Assembly (NCBI RefSeq): GCF_009914755.1
Contig: NC_060930.1
Direction: 5' to 3' (one strand)
From: the human T2T-CHM13v2.0 reference genome, Homo sapiens
DNA: 64,000 bases
The translations under genes and the position numbers were made by a program. Under the pieces are notes generated by a model that saw nothing but the letters and a program-made list of their open reading frames with translations, searched no databases and had not been told where the DNA came from. Positions 1 to 12,060 of this stretch are shown here, in pieces (within the stretch, counting starts at the first letter, position 1; the number at the start of each line of letters is the position of its first letter).

Positions 1-340
1 AAATGTCCTATTTCTGTATAATAAATAGTCTTCTAAGTATACCTTAGGAAAAGATAGCAGTTATTGATTTTTTAAATCTATCAGGAAAGGAAAATATATT
101 TGGCTAAAGCTGTCGCCTACTACTCTTACACTAGTGATTGCTCTCTCCTCACCATGCCAGTCACTCAAAATTTGCTTTATAGATTCTTCTGTCAGTGTGT
201 TTTCATATAAAAGTCAAAAATCTTCTCACTTCCTGGACTAGGAAAAGATATGCCAATATTTTCTTTATTTCCCTTGGAGTCACTGTTGTAAATCTGTGGC
301 AAGTTAGTTGGTTAGAAAGTTAAAAATTATTAAAAGGTGG

Positions 341-460
341 ATATTATTTATTACCCCTGTTTCAGAGTTGAGGTTTTCCAGGCTCTGGGAGATGCCAGTT
401 GTGCCAAAAGTCATCTAGGTCCAGGGGTAGAATTGAGATGAAAACCCTGGCAAATCTGTT
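341..460 (-). mobile_element. MIR SINE fragment, highly diverged
   Basis: Resembles the antisense MIR core (attattacccctgtttcagag...gccaaaagtcat...gaaaaccctgg). Confidence 0.5.
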
Positions 461-732
461 ATGATACTACTCTGATGTACTGATGTTGGTATCACAGACT
501 GGTCGCGTAGAAGCCAGTCAACTTTGTATTGTTTGCTTCACCTGAACCATAGCCAGGTATCATCCTTCCAGAGTGTGCTGTTGTCACGAGTGGTGCCAAG
601 TGAGACAGCAAAAGAGCAGCACACACAGCCTCTGCTGGAACCAGCCTGCAGAGTGAATGCTCCAGGAATGCAGTGGCTGGCTGACTTGTTTTCTCTATTA
701 TTTAGACTCTGGTCTTCCTCTTTGTATTTCAG

Positions 733-760
733 AAAAACAAACAAACAAACAAACAAAAAA
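733..760. repeat. (AAAC)n microsatellite
   Basis: aaaaacaaacaaacaaacaaacaaaaaa read directly. Confidence 0.9.
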
Positions 761-975
761 CCTAATATGTCTAATTCTGAGTTCACTTTCCCCATTTGCC
801 TACACAGACTTCCCCTTCTGGCTTTAGTCACCTTTGATGAAACTTCATCCCTCTTTCCACCACTCAGGAGATCACAACTCTTCCTTTCAAGGATCTTCGT
901 TCCTTCATTTCTACTCCTGCTGCCTCCACCTTGGTCCTGTGTGTTAGAGCTCCTTTTCTTCTCTTTAAAAAAATT

Positions 976-1292
<317 letters not shown>

Positions 1293-1472
1293 TAACTGCT
1301 GGAGTACGGTTTCATATCTAGGTCCTTGTAAGAATCTCTACACTAATTTCTCACTCTCCAGAACCTTCCTACCACCACCCTCAACACACACAGATACTCA
1401 CAGACAAACTTCCCAATCTATCCAGTTTATGTCCCTTGGTGCTTCCAGATTAAATCAGCCTGAAGTCCAATT

Positions 1473-1565
1473 GGTGTGGTGGAAAAAGCACAGTGTGTGG
1501 AGTCAAAAGACCTTGTTCTAGTACTGGCTCTACTACTAATACATTATTTGACTTTAGTTGAGTTA
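1473..1565 (+). mobile_element. MIR 5' fragment
   Basis: ggtgtggtggaaaaagcacag...ggagtcaaaagacc...ggctctactact matches the MIR 5' region. Confidence 0.6.
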
Positions 1566-1959
1566 TAGAAAAGGTTGAATTGAAAAGCTGAAGTAGAGAA
1601 GTCAGTCAAGTGAAGCAGCAGCTGAGGATGCATATCAGAATGGCCCAATCTGCTGCTTATTTTTTCTAAGCCTCGCCATCTAGATCCATTCTTTGCCCTG
1701 ATTGGTGTCCCAGGAGGCTGACCCCTGTAGACTGTATCATTGGATTCCTCTGATGGCTGTCTTCCTCTTGGGCAATGGGAGGTAGAGACAGAGAAGCAGA
1801 GACAGAGGGCAAGGGAGGAGAAAGAAATTGGAGTATTTCTCCTCTGCTATCTCTCTCCTGTTGAGAAGACTCTCTTACAAGATTCCAGCTCTCACTGGAC
1901 TCTGGTAACATTATTTCCTTCGCTTGCCTGTGCAGACCTAAGGGCACTAATTCTTAGAG

Positions 1960-2280
1960 CGATGTGGCTCTTAAAGTGTTGTCCTCAGACCAGCAGCATC
2001 AGCATCACCTGGAAACTTCTTAGAAATGCAAATTCAGGAGACCCACCTCATATCCGTTGGATGAGAAATTTAAAACATGAGATCTGATAATCTGTGTTTT
2101 CATAAGCACTTCAGGTGATAAATTTGAGAACAACTGCCCTAGAGGAAATTGCTGGGCCTGACCCCAAAACTGTCTGATTCAGTAGGCTAGGAGGTGGACC
2201 CAACCATTTGCATTTTGAACCCTTCCTAGATGAAGACTTGGCTCTTCCCAAAACTAGACTTTGAGAACTACAGCTCTAGA
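1960..2280. mobile_element. Two adjacent MER5A (hAT-Charlie) copies in opposite orientation
   Basis: cagaccagcagcatcagcatcacctggaaacttcttagaaatgcaaat (first copy), then gctgggcctgacccca...tctgattcagtagg...gactttgagaactacag (reverse copy). Confidence 0.8.
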
Positions 2281-2549
2281 TCAGCTGCCAAGCAGCCCCT
2301 CCTCCCTGCTAGGAAAAAGCAAGCCTTTTTTTCCACTTAAAAACCTTTAAGTGAGTTAACCGGGAGCAGATGCTGGCTCAGGTAATGCCAATTCTTCTCA
2401 AGACCCACTTCCCCAATCCCCTAAATGCACAATGCCTATGGGCTCGTAAGGAGGGTTCAATCCCTGTGTGGTTTAGAAGAAATGCAAGGTTTGCTCCTGA
2501 AGAAGACGCAGCTCACTCAGCAAAGGAACTATGAAATCTTGCACATTTT

Positions 2550-2761
2550 TTATTAGCAGTGCTGGGGCTGCCATAACAAATACCACCCTGGATGGCTTAA
2601 ATGACAGAAATCTATCAGTCACATTGGATTGAGGCCCACCCTTATGACCTCATTTTCCCTTATCTCTTTAAAGGCCTTATTTCCAAATACAATTATACTG
2701 AGATACTGGAGTTAGGACTTTAACATACAAGCAGGGAGTGGGCACAATTCGGTCCACAACA
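2550..2761 (-). mobile_element. MLT1 (MaLR) LTR, internally deleted
   Basis: gggctgccataacaaataccac...ggcttaaa joined directly to agtcacattggattgaggcccaccc...cacaattc; both LTR ends present, middle missing. Confidence 0.8.
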
Positions 2762-2783
2762 AGCAGGATCCTGGAAAACATAG

Positions 2784-3176
2784 TGCTATGGTTTGAATGT
2801 TTTTGTCCCTTCTAAAACTAATGTGCTAAAAATATAATCACCAATGCAACAGTGTTGGGAGGTGAGGCGTAATGGAAGGTGTTTGAGTCATGAGGAAAGA
2901 GCCCTCATGAATTGATTAGTGCACTATAAAATGGTCTTTTGAGAGTGGGTTCTCTCTCTTCCACTCTTCTACCATGTGAGGGCACAGAGTTCTTCTCTTT
3001 GCCTTCTGCCATGTGATGATGCAGCAAGAAGGTCCCATCCAGATGACAGTGCCTTAATCTTGGATTTCCCAGCCTCCAGAACTATGAGCCAAAATTTTTT
3101 TCTTTATTATAAATTACTCAATCTCTGGCATTCTATTATTTTATGCTATTATAGCAGCACAAAACAGACTGAGACA
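2784..3176 (+). mobile_element. MST (MaLR) solo LTR
   Basis: TG...CA termini (tgctatggtttgaatg ... aaaacagactgagaca); 5-bp TSD catag/catgg. Confidence 0.9.
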
Positions 3177-3269
3177 CATGGGTAGAAATAGACTGGACCA
3201 AGAAACATAAAATATAAATTTTAATGGAATTGAATGTATTAATATGAATACACTTATCTAAGCTTACCA

Positions 3270-3436
3270 CAGTGGTTCTCACCCTTGACACCACATTAGA
3301 ACCACCTTTAAAAAATACTGATGATGCTCAAGTTCACTCACAGAGACTCTGATTTAATATTTCTGGAGTGTGATCTAGGCATCAGGAATTTTTAAATAGC
3401 CCCAGATATTTCTAATAGCCCAGTTAAGAAACACTG
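3270..3436. mobile_element. MER5-family DNA transposon (MER5B-like)
   Basis: Termini cagtggttctc ... aagaaacactg; internal cagagactctgatttaat...ggcatcaggaattttta. Confidence 0.75.
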
Positions 3437-3479
3437 CAGAACAGTTTCCTGAGCCAGTTACTAGAACCAGTAAATGAGG

Positions 3480-4050
3480 CGGAAATATCACAATTGTCCT
3501 TGGAAAAACAAGGACAATTGTGAAAAACAAGGAATCCAAAAACATACAGGAGGTAGGAATGTTGGAGTGGATCTATTATGTGCAATCTACACAACCATCC
3601 CCACTTTTTTCATGCTTTTGCCTCCACTCAGGAAAACCTGCATGATGCTCCCTCAATTAAGAAATGCTGTGGTCAGAGAAGTGTAACCATCCTTAGAAAG
3701 CTCTACATAAATGCAGGGGTGTCCCTGTGCCAGAGATCGGGGGAGGGAGAATATTGTAGAACTGGGCTACTGATTTCAGTGGCAATAATGAAATGCTGAT
3801 GTGAAGACTTGGAGGGAATAATTACCTGTTATGGTAGAGTAGGTAAATATGGTATAATACGGCAGAAACAGGGAACGGCGATCAGAGTATCAAACCTGCA
3901 GAAATCTGTGGTGGTGACTTATTGATCACAGCACCTTTAAGAATGGGGAAGATGAACAGATTACCAGATAATTGGTTGATCTACATATCTGAAGAAATCC
4001 TAGGTTCATCAGCAGGAAGGAGACTAATTCACCTGGAGAAAACTTTAAGC
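3480..4050 (+). mobile_element. Decayed ERVL-class internal segment (gag)
   Basis: Frameshifted translation PW..QGIQK/QEVGMLEWIYYV (3547-3582) and CRNLWW*LIDH (3897-3929) resembles ERVL Gag motifs GIQRLREIGMLEWI and LWxWLIDHG. Confidence 0.75.
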
Positions 4051-4408
4051 ACACAAATGCCATCTTTTACTACCTACCCCATCAGATGTACCAGCGTCTG
4101 CAAAGGGAAAGGAGGGGACTTTTTAAAAAAGTCTCCAAGTCACACTGTTGTGTTCACAGCATTTCCCACCCCCTCTTAGATTGAGAACAAGTGGATTAAA
4201 TAATTTTTATTCAGGTCCTTCTTAGGTCTAAAAGCTCATGGCTCTATGACAATGCTAATCTTGGGTCAATTAAAATTCTTCAGTAGTTGTTCCTTGACTT
4301 CCAGGAAATATCAAATTCTTTAGCCTGGCATTCATTTTTTTGTGCAGTCAGGCTGAATGCTACCTTTTCTGTCTCATTTTCCACTAGTCTTCTAGTGGCG
4401 CTTCCCAC

Positions 4409-4446
4409 TATATATATATATATATAATATATTATAGAATATTATA
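4409..4446. repeat. (TA)n microsatellite / AT low complexity
   Basis: Direct reading. Confidence 0.9.
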
Positions 4447-4463
4447 TTTTCTTGGTGCCGTAG

Positions 4464-4591
4464 GATGAATGGTCAGAGCTGGTCACAGCTGAAGGTGGCT
4501 CCTCCAGTGGCTCTCACAAACCCAACCCCCTCCATGTCATCGCAAAGGCTGAGGAGATCAGTATTTCACCACACCTTTGTGCTTCACTTAG
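4464..4591 (+). other. Candidate internal exon (128 nt) of an unidentified plus-strand transcript
   Basis: Acceptor ttttcttggtgccgtag|G and consensus donor TAG|GTGAGT; unique sequence; two of three frames open. Confidence 0.5.
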
Positions 4592-5264
4592 GTGAGTACT
4601 TCTGGTTGTGAAGCTCTGCAGGCCCACAGGAATCTGCTCCTCCATTCCATTCCTAGAACTATTAAAAAGCACTACTCATTATCACCTCAACATCTTAGCT
4701 TTCTCATTTCCTGCACTCACACCTCACTCCTCTCTGTCTATCCAAGACCAACATATACTTGGATAAGCAGTGAAGCCCCAAATCCTTCAAGAAGACTCCC
4801 CCAACAAACTCAACCCTAGAGGAGTTCCTGGTGCTTATTCTCTGGAGCAGTAATTTGACATTGAATGTTAATCTACCTTGAATCACTATTACATTTCACA
4901 TAAGTTCACATATCGCAGGATCATGGCTCCAGGAACTCAACAGTTTTGAGGAGGCACTACTAGCATTGCCACCTCTTTGGGCACTGGTAGTGAAAGAATC
5001 TACTGCCTGAGTAAGAATGAACTGGAATAGGAGAAGAGAATGGCAGATGCCAAGGAGTGGTTAAGATGACTCTTTTGCAAACAGCAGTGATTATGACACT
5101 GCTGCTGAGATGGCTTGGAAAACATGCTTTAGAGAGGAGAATGAGCTTCTGAAAATCAGAAAGCATATCTCATATCTTTGGGAGTGTGTACACAATGAAC
5201 ATAAAAAACTCAATAGATATTGCTTCTGATTAAAATCAACCCGGAAGAGAGCCTTTATCAATGA

Positions 5265-5640
5265 ATATTTGTAATGGCAAGAAACAAAACCTGTGACTAA
5301 CTTACACAGGAGAAAAGAGTCTGTGACAAAATACTAGGCAGCTCACAGATTTGAAAGGAAGGCTAAACAACCAGACCTCAGGAAGGGCAGAAACCAGAGT
5401 AGCTAGGACCTCATACATAGGAGCTAGTAGATGCCATTGGGCACTATTGCCACTCCAATTCCTTTCATACCTGGTTATTCAGGCAAGATCCCAGTTACTA
5501 GGAGACAGTCTGTGTGGTCTAGCCTCATTCATGTGTCCCCTGCTGCGGTTGGGGTAGGGCACAGCAAAGTCACATGGACTGGGGAAAGAGTGTTTCCCTA
5601 AGGAGAGGATGAACAGGAACAAAAAAGTAATAATTGCTCA
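5265..5640 (-). mobile_element. Old MLT1 (K/N-like) LTR
   Basis: gcaagaaacaaaac...ggcagctcacagatttgaaaggaaggct...ccagacctcaggaagggcagaaaccag...gtcacatgg pattern. Confidence 0.5.
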
Positions 5641-5669
5641 GTAACTTTTCCTATTTGATTTGATACTAA

Positions 5670-5875
5670 TATTTCACATCACTCTACAGTTTACAGGACA
5701 ATTTTTACATATTGTCTAATCTCATTTCATTTTAAAACTTGTGAGTTAGGTTTTGTTTTTATTCTCCTTGTAGAGAGGAGGAAATGGGGTCTCAGAAAAG
5801 ATGTTGCTCACATAAGAACTGAAATTCACATCTTCTGAGTACAAATTCCAGGTTCTTTTCATCATATGACACTGT
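5670..5875 (-). mobile_element. MIR/MIR3
   Basis: ctacagtttaca...atctcattt...gaggaaatggggtctcaga...gttcttttcatcat. Confidence 0.65.
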
Positions 5876-6049
5876 TCCCTTTAAAATAAAAACTTAAAAA
5901 TAATATAACATTTTTTACTCAGGTTTAGATCAATTTGGACTCAGTGTATATTGCTTTTTTCCAAAATACAAAAATTCTGTAATAATATGAGCAAAAAAGT
6001 AAGTACAAAATACTACTTCTAAATCAATCATTTACTATATTTTACTTAA

Positions 6050-6374
6050 TTAAATTCAATAAATTTATTTAAGCATAGAGGATATTTCCTAGATGCTAGG
6101 GAATCAAATATATATGAGATCTATTCCTTGTGTTCACATAGTTCAAATTAAGTCATCTGGATAAATAGAAGCAGGCATCTAAATAAATAAGTGCAATAGA
6201 AATGCTTTAGGAGCATTATATTTTAATTGCCTATTTATTTATGCTCCCTAGACACCAACCCTCTTGAGTTAAGAGATCTGGTCTTTTTCATATTCCCAGC
6301 ACTAAGCACAGTGTCTGAACAGAGTAGATTCTTAATAAATATTTGTAGAATAAATGAATTAATAAATTAATGAA
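6050..6374. mobile_element. Two L2 3'-end fragments in opposite orientation
   Basis: Antisense attcaataaatttatt...tagatgctagg, then sense cccagcactaagcacagtgtctgaac...aataaatatttgtagaataaatgaa. Confidence 0.7.
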
Positions 6375-8538
6375 AAGAAGAAAAGTGCAATGGAGACTCA
6401 GTTGAAGGAGCAATTAATTTTGACTTTATGCACTAAGAAAAGCTACATTTTGACAAATGGTAGAGTGAGTTTTTAAAGAATCCATGAAAGCAACTTATCT
6501 GCATACTGGAGTTTTATTGTGTAAGGGTACATTTTTTGTCATGCTCATAATTGGAAAGGCCTCAACAATGGCAGAAAGATGTATTCTCCCCCATAGAGAC
6601 CTAGTTTATTTCCATTAAGACCTAGTTAAAGTTTCCCACAACTGCATCAATTAAATCTAGCTCTACTCCAAAAACATCCACAGTCCAAATTTCCTGAAGC
6701 TGTCCATTTGTAGCATATGAACTGCCCTTCTAGCACTATTTTATCATTGTTTTGGTCATATAATTCACACTCATTCATTTATTTAATAATTTACTAAGCA
6801 CAGAGCCATCTCCTTGCTTATTCTGCAATTCTGGTACCTACATGCCTCCAACTCAAATGTAAAGGGACTCCATTATTTTTCTCTAGGTTCATTTCTTCCA
6901 TGCTGGAATTAACATACTGTTCATCAGACATTCAGCAAAATGCTTGCCATCTGACAAGCTAAACTGAAAGCACTTCCTCTCCCAGAGGAATTTAATTACA
7001 AGGACAACTGTTGTCTCTGTTAGTCTAGCATAGACCCCAAATGATTCATCCATTCAAGAGCAGTTACATGTAGTATCAAAGGGGCAAAACCTAGGGAGGG
7101 TACAAAAAAGATTGAGAGTCATTTGGAACTCTCTGACATCAGATGCCAGGTCACCAACAGGAAAAAGGGATTTTTGAAGTATCTGGGTCTGGAAAGCTTA
7201 GTAGTCCTACCTATGGGATCCAGAAAAGTGCCAACCAAAATTAAGCTGCAGTTTTGGACACACTTTGAAGCAAATCATTTTTGGCGGCCGATTTAAATGT
7301 TTGTCTTCAATTCAAAGTTTATATTTGATCCTTGGCCATGCTGAAATATGCATCCCTAATTGCAAACAAAGCTGTTAAAATACCCAGAATGGCCATAAGG
7401 ACATAGTCTTCAGAAGCAGATCCAAAGGCTCATCTACAGCAAAGCCTTGTGGCCACTTTAAAGTATTGACATCAACTCAAAACATACGGCAGCCAGAGTA
7501 TGAAAAGCCTCTGACTTCCTGGAGAGGTGCCAGTCTTCTACTGGTAGCACTGGGAAGTTCCACCACAGGAGAAGCTCATGGAGAGACACAGTGGCCTGCA
7601 CGAAACACATTGGTGGGCCCTCTTTCCTCACTGCCCCACGTGTGGATGATGGAAATTGTCCCGTCAGTTGGCATGAGTTGACGTTTCATGCTGCCTAAAG
7701 AAACTTGGAAACAGCTTTAGTTTCATTATTCAGATGTGGGCCTTCTCATGTGGGAGTCTGGAGCCAAGTAAGATCCACTAATTAAGTAAATATTAATAAA
7801 CATTGAATTCCTTAAGTGAATAGAGCTTGTAGCCACAACATTGTAAGTCTTAGATTATCCACAAAGATGAGAGAGTGCGATGTTCTGATTAATTGAGTCT
7901 TTTGCTTACACAAGGGCTATGGATAATCCCATAAATAAACCACCAATTTTCAAAAAATTAGAAGATAATATGGTCACCTAGTACTGAAACCATACTGAAC
8001 AAAGCCATTCTTGATTCAGAAGGCGCCTCAGAGTGTAATGTGCCTCAGGGTCACCATTAAACATGTCATTTTTAAGAGCTGCAGAATAAACTCCCTCCCC
8101 ACAGACCTACTCTGGGATGTGCATTTTTAAACAAATTCTTCACATTAATTCAGTTGCTTGTGATTTATTTCTGTCTCATAAAATAGAGCTCAGTGCATGA
8201 AAAAAGAAATCCTATTGGTTTGAATGTGGGAACTCAGATTCTCACATCCAGATATAACCAGCCTTTTATTTGTACATATTTTTACATAATTGAGGCGACA
8301 CTGCATAGAAAAATTACATTATTTTTTCACTTAACCGTCTATGTAGCATGAGCATTTTTACATGTCATTAAGCTCTTTATTAGCAAATTATAATTGCTAT
8401 ATATTACCTCAAATAAATCAGTCATAATATGCTTTACCACTTCCCATTTTTAAACATTTATTTAAATTGTTTATTTCATTTAGGCATCATAAATATTGTT
8501 GTGATAATTGTTTTAGTGTGCTAATCTTTGATCATTTT

Positions 8539-8853
8539 ATTTTTCTTTCTTCTTCTTCTTTTTTTTTTTTTCTGAGACAGGGTCTCACTCTGTCGTCCAA
8601 GCTGGAGTGCAGTGGCACGATCTTGGTTCACTGCAACCTCCGCCTTCTGGTCAAGTGATTCTCCAGCCTCAGCTTCCAGAATAGCTGGGACCACAGGCAC
8701 ATGCCACCATGCCGGACTAATTTTTGTATTTTGGTAAAGACAGGGTTTCGCCATGTTGCCCAGGCTGGTCTTGAACTCCTCAGGTCAAAGCAATCTGCTT
8801 ATCTCAGCTTCCCAAAGTGTTAGGATTATAGGCATGAGCCACTGCGCTCAGCC
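8539..8853 (-). mobile_element. Alu (Jb/Sz-like), full length
   Basis: Antisense dimer; TSD tttgatcatttt at 8527-8538 and 8854-8865. Confidence 0.95.
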
Positions 8854-8922
8854 TTTGATCATTTTCTTAAAACAACTCCCTAGAAATGAAATTATGATCA
8901 AAGTGTTTGATCATTTTTAAGG

Positions 8923-9013
8923 TTATATGTATATGTATATACATATATATGCATACACGTACTATATATAAACACATACATATATTATGTATATGTCTGT
9001 ATATATATATATA
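8923..9013. repeat. TA/TATG-rich simple repeat
   Basis: Direct reading. Confidence 0.85.
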
Positions 9014-9674
9014 TTTTTTTTTCCTCACAGGTTTACCAATTTATTCTCTATAAGCAGTATTTTTAAGTGTTCATTTTAGCACCATCAACACATTGAAAAT
9101 ACACTTTGTTTTTTATTTTATTTTAACTTCTAGTTATTTCTTTCCCACATCTCTCCTGGTAGGTTGTCTTTCTTATCCAACCATTTATTGGTTACCTGGC
9201 AAGTTCTTCTGAATGCATTTTAAAAAAAATCATATTGTAAATCTAAACCTGCTCTGAGGTTACAGTTTCTTTCTGTAATAAAGCAAGATTGTTCTCATAA
9301 TTTTATATGATTTGAGAAAGGAGGTTGCATATAGCTAGAACACAAAAACTCAGCTACTCTCTGATAAGTTTAACATGACAAGTAGAGGCTGGTATGCTTC
9401 TGTGTTTTCTTCAGGAGGGATATATATGACAGAAAATTTATCTGAAAATTCACATTCCTTTTCAAATTATTATATAGAAATATCATAAGATTTTGAAAAA
9501 CAAATGAATATCCCAGAAACAAAGTTAAAGTATTTATGTTTTCTCTTTTTCTTTGAATAGGTATCGCAAGGAAGGAAAACTGTCTCCATCTGAAGAGGAC
9601 ATAGCCATGTATCTGCTTTGTTCTCTTCTTGATTTCCACGTTCCCCAAAATGGGCAGGGCTGGCTTAAAAAGCA

Positions 9675-9800
9675 ATGGAGAAAAAGTTCTGGAGATGGAT
9701 GATGGTGATGTTCTCACAACAATATAAATGTACCTAATGCTACAGAACTGTACACTTAAAAATGCTTAAAATGGCAAATTTTACATTATGTATTTTTGAC
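9675..9800 (+). mobile_element. L1MB/L1MC 3' UTR fragment
   Basis: gaaaaagttctggagatggatgatggtgatg...gaactgtacacttaaaaatg...aaattttacattatgtat. Confidence 0.85.
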
Positions 9801-10140
9801 TCTCTGTCTCCCCCAAAAAGCAATGAAGGCTCTTCCTTTTCATCTTCTTGGCCTCTCTGAGCCTCCCGCTGTCTGTTAACCATCCCCTATAATTCTGCAC
9901 AGCTTGATAGCTGCTGGGAGTGGTGGGGTGAATTCAAATAACTCAGGAAAGCTAGTTGACTAAGAAACTGCCTCCCAGCCCTTCTTCCAAATTAGCAGCA
10001 ATATGAGTACAGCCATGAACATGAATATATTTGAAAAAAAGAATACCAACAGAGTAGCAGCTGCTGCTTTGCTGCTGCTTGGTGACTTGGAGACAAGGCT
10101 TAGGATTGCCATTAGAGCCCTAACTACAGGCAAAGTCACT

Positions 10141-10220
10141 CTATAAATGTACCTCACATTCCACAACGGGAAGATTTCCGGAAATGTGACGTGTAGATTG
10201 AAATCAATAAAATGACTCAT
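10141..10220. promoter_or_regulatory. Candidate enhancer: TEAD, palindromic ETS, CRE/UPRE-like, ONECUT and AP-1 motifs in 80 bp
   Basis: CACATTCC 10155, ATTTCCGGAAAT 10174, TGACGTG 10187, AAATCAATA 10201, ATGACTCAT 10212; three retained CpGs. Confidence 0.5.
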
Positions 10221-10560
10221 TTATGCAGAGATGAAAATAGTAGTTGTATTTCAATTACATAAATAAAGCAAATGATAGAAAAGAGTCCAAACTATAGAAT
10301 TCAACCTTTTAGAAATATTTTAAACATAAAACCCTGCTTTCATTTAAATAGTTAGTGCCCATCCTCTCTTCCACCTGCAAGAAGCCCACAAAACTCAACT
10401 TACTTCTTGGCTGAAATTAAATGAGAACAAAACCAAGTATAAATAAAATGTTATAATATTCTTATATCAATACAAGAATATGTTAAAGAATTAGAGAAAC
10501 AATTTTAAATATATGAAAAAGAAAAGCAGTAAACCAAAAGAATTTCTTTTAAGATCTAAG

Positions 10561-10770
10561 AGCAGCTAAAATGTTTTGAGTACATGCTCTGAACCAGGCA
10601 CTATTCCAAGTGCTTACCTGTATTAACCCTTTATTCCCCACACATCCCTACCAGGAAAGGTACTACCGCTGCCCCATCTTACAGATAAGGAAACTGAAAG
10701 CCAGAGAGTTTAGCAACTTGCCCAAGGTTAGCAATTAGCTTCAATGCTCTGAATCTCTATGTCATATTGC
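10561..10770 (-). mobile_element. MIR
   Basis: Core ccccatcttacagataaggaaactgaaagccagagagtttagcaacttgcccaagg. Confidence 0.9.
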
Positions 10771-11859
10771 TTTTCTAGAATGTATCTAAAATTCTACTCT
10801 GTGTCTAAAGTTAGCAATAAACCGAAAGAAGAAAAACATGGTTGGATGTGGGCTGTAAATAAAAGCATCTGCTGGCTTTGCCAGGTTTGAGAAGCACTTC
10901 TTTGAGAAATAATGTTGATTCTTATTTAAAGAAAATTTAAAAGAGAAATAGATTATTTTCCACTGATTCTCAAGTTTGAGCAGTTAATGGAACTTTAGCT
11001 ATGTCCCAGATCTTTCTTGTGATTTGAATTTTTGTTTGAAGCCTGTCTGAGTAGGGATGAAGAAAATCAGATTTGGCAAAAAGCTTAATGCAGGGTAGCA
11101 TCTTTCCCTGAGCACTGGCATCCTAAGATGCGGATATTTTCCATCCCAGCAGCTGCTGCTGAGATGATAGTGAGGATGGAGTGTTGTACAAACTGAAGCT
11201 CACCCTCTTCAGACACTGCTTATCAGAAAGGTCAGAGCCCTTCACATGCCCTCTGTTTCCTCTTCGGTGAAAGCCTTTGTTCTTTGCCCTGCCCCATCCT
11301 CGACTCCCACCATCAGCCCCAGGCTTCCTGGCCCACGTATAGGCTTAGAGAGGAATTGTGAGATCTTTAAACTTCTACTTGCTGATTTCAATAAAGGCAA
11401 ACCCAGAAATTGGGGGTAAAGGTAGAATAACTTCAAAATGGCCCCTTGTGCAAATGTTTGGAAGCTTAGATCACATCTGGCTGGAAACTGGGGTTGCGGG
11501 TTGATAACTTATCAGTGCTTTGCACTACTCAATTAAACCAATGAGCGTAGTCTGGAAAAGTGGCCAGCATCAGCTCACCTCACCGTGGACGGAAAGGCAC
11601 TGATGATTATATCCTCAACAAAGCTGGTGACTCAAGGGTTGCCATTAGTGACCAGCTTATTTACTTCTTTTCTTGAGTTTCCATTCTTACGACTACTTCC
11701 ACATCTACAAAACAAAGACTCTGTATGCTACATTTATTTCCAAATAAAGCTTTCTGGCGCTGATATGGAAATTATGACTCCAGCAATGGACAGAGTATGG
11801 TTAACTGCCAGGGATTTGGGTTCTTTCTACAGAGGAGGCGCATTGGAGATGAACAGCAT

Positions 11860-12060
11860 TCAGCAGAAAGAAACCTGGAAATCTCTAGGTCTTTCCATTA
11901 CTATGTGACCAGAAGCAACTCAGTAAACTTCCAGAACTGCAGGTTCTCATCCGGAAAACAGAGCAAACACTCCTAGGTCTGCCTTTTTCCACCTGATTGG
12001 TTCAACAATCAAATAAAGTCATGTAAGTATCAGTGTAAATGAAAGTACTGTGTAAACGGT
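11860..12060 (+). mobile_element. MIR3/MIRc
   Basis: ctatgtgacc...gttctcatccggaaaac...tgaaagtactgtgtaaac. Confidence 0.55.

Larger units (their letters stand above)
8280..9130 (-). mobile_element. Old L1ME-like 3' fragment interrupted by an Alu and a TA-rich tract
   Basis: ttttttcacttaac...agcatttttacatgtcatt...tccctagaaatgaaatt typical of antisense L1ME. Confidence 0.6.
9561..10230 (+). other. Candidate (possibly terminal) exon; 3' end uncertain
   Basis: Strong acceptor gttttctctttttctttgaatag|G at 9560/9561; AATAAA at 10206 and 10262; end coordinate inferred from the first poly(A) signal. Confidence 0.4.

Noticed and set aside
9010-9035. Strong-looking acceptor tttttttttcctcacag
   Set aside because: Formed by a T-run inside an old L1ME, with no paired donor noticed; an example of the pseudo-site background
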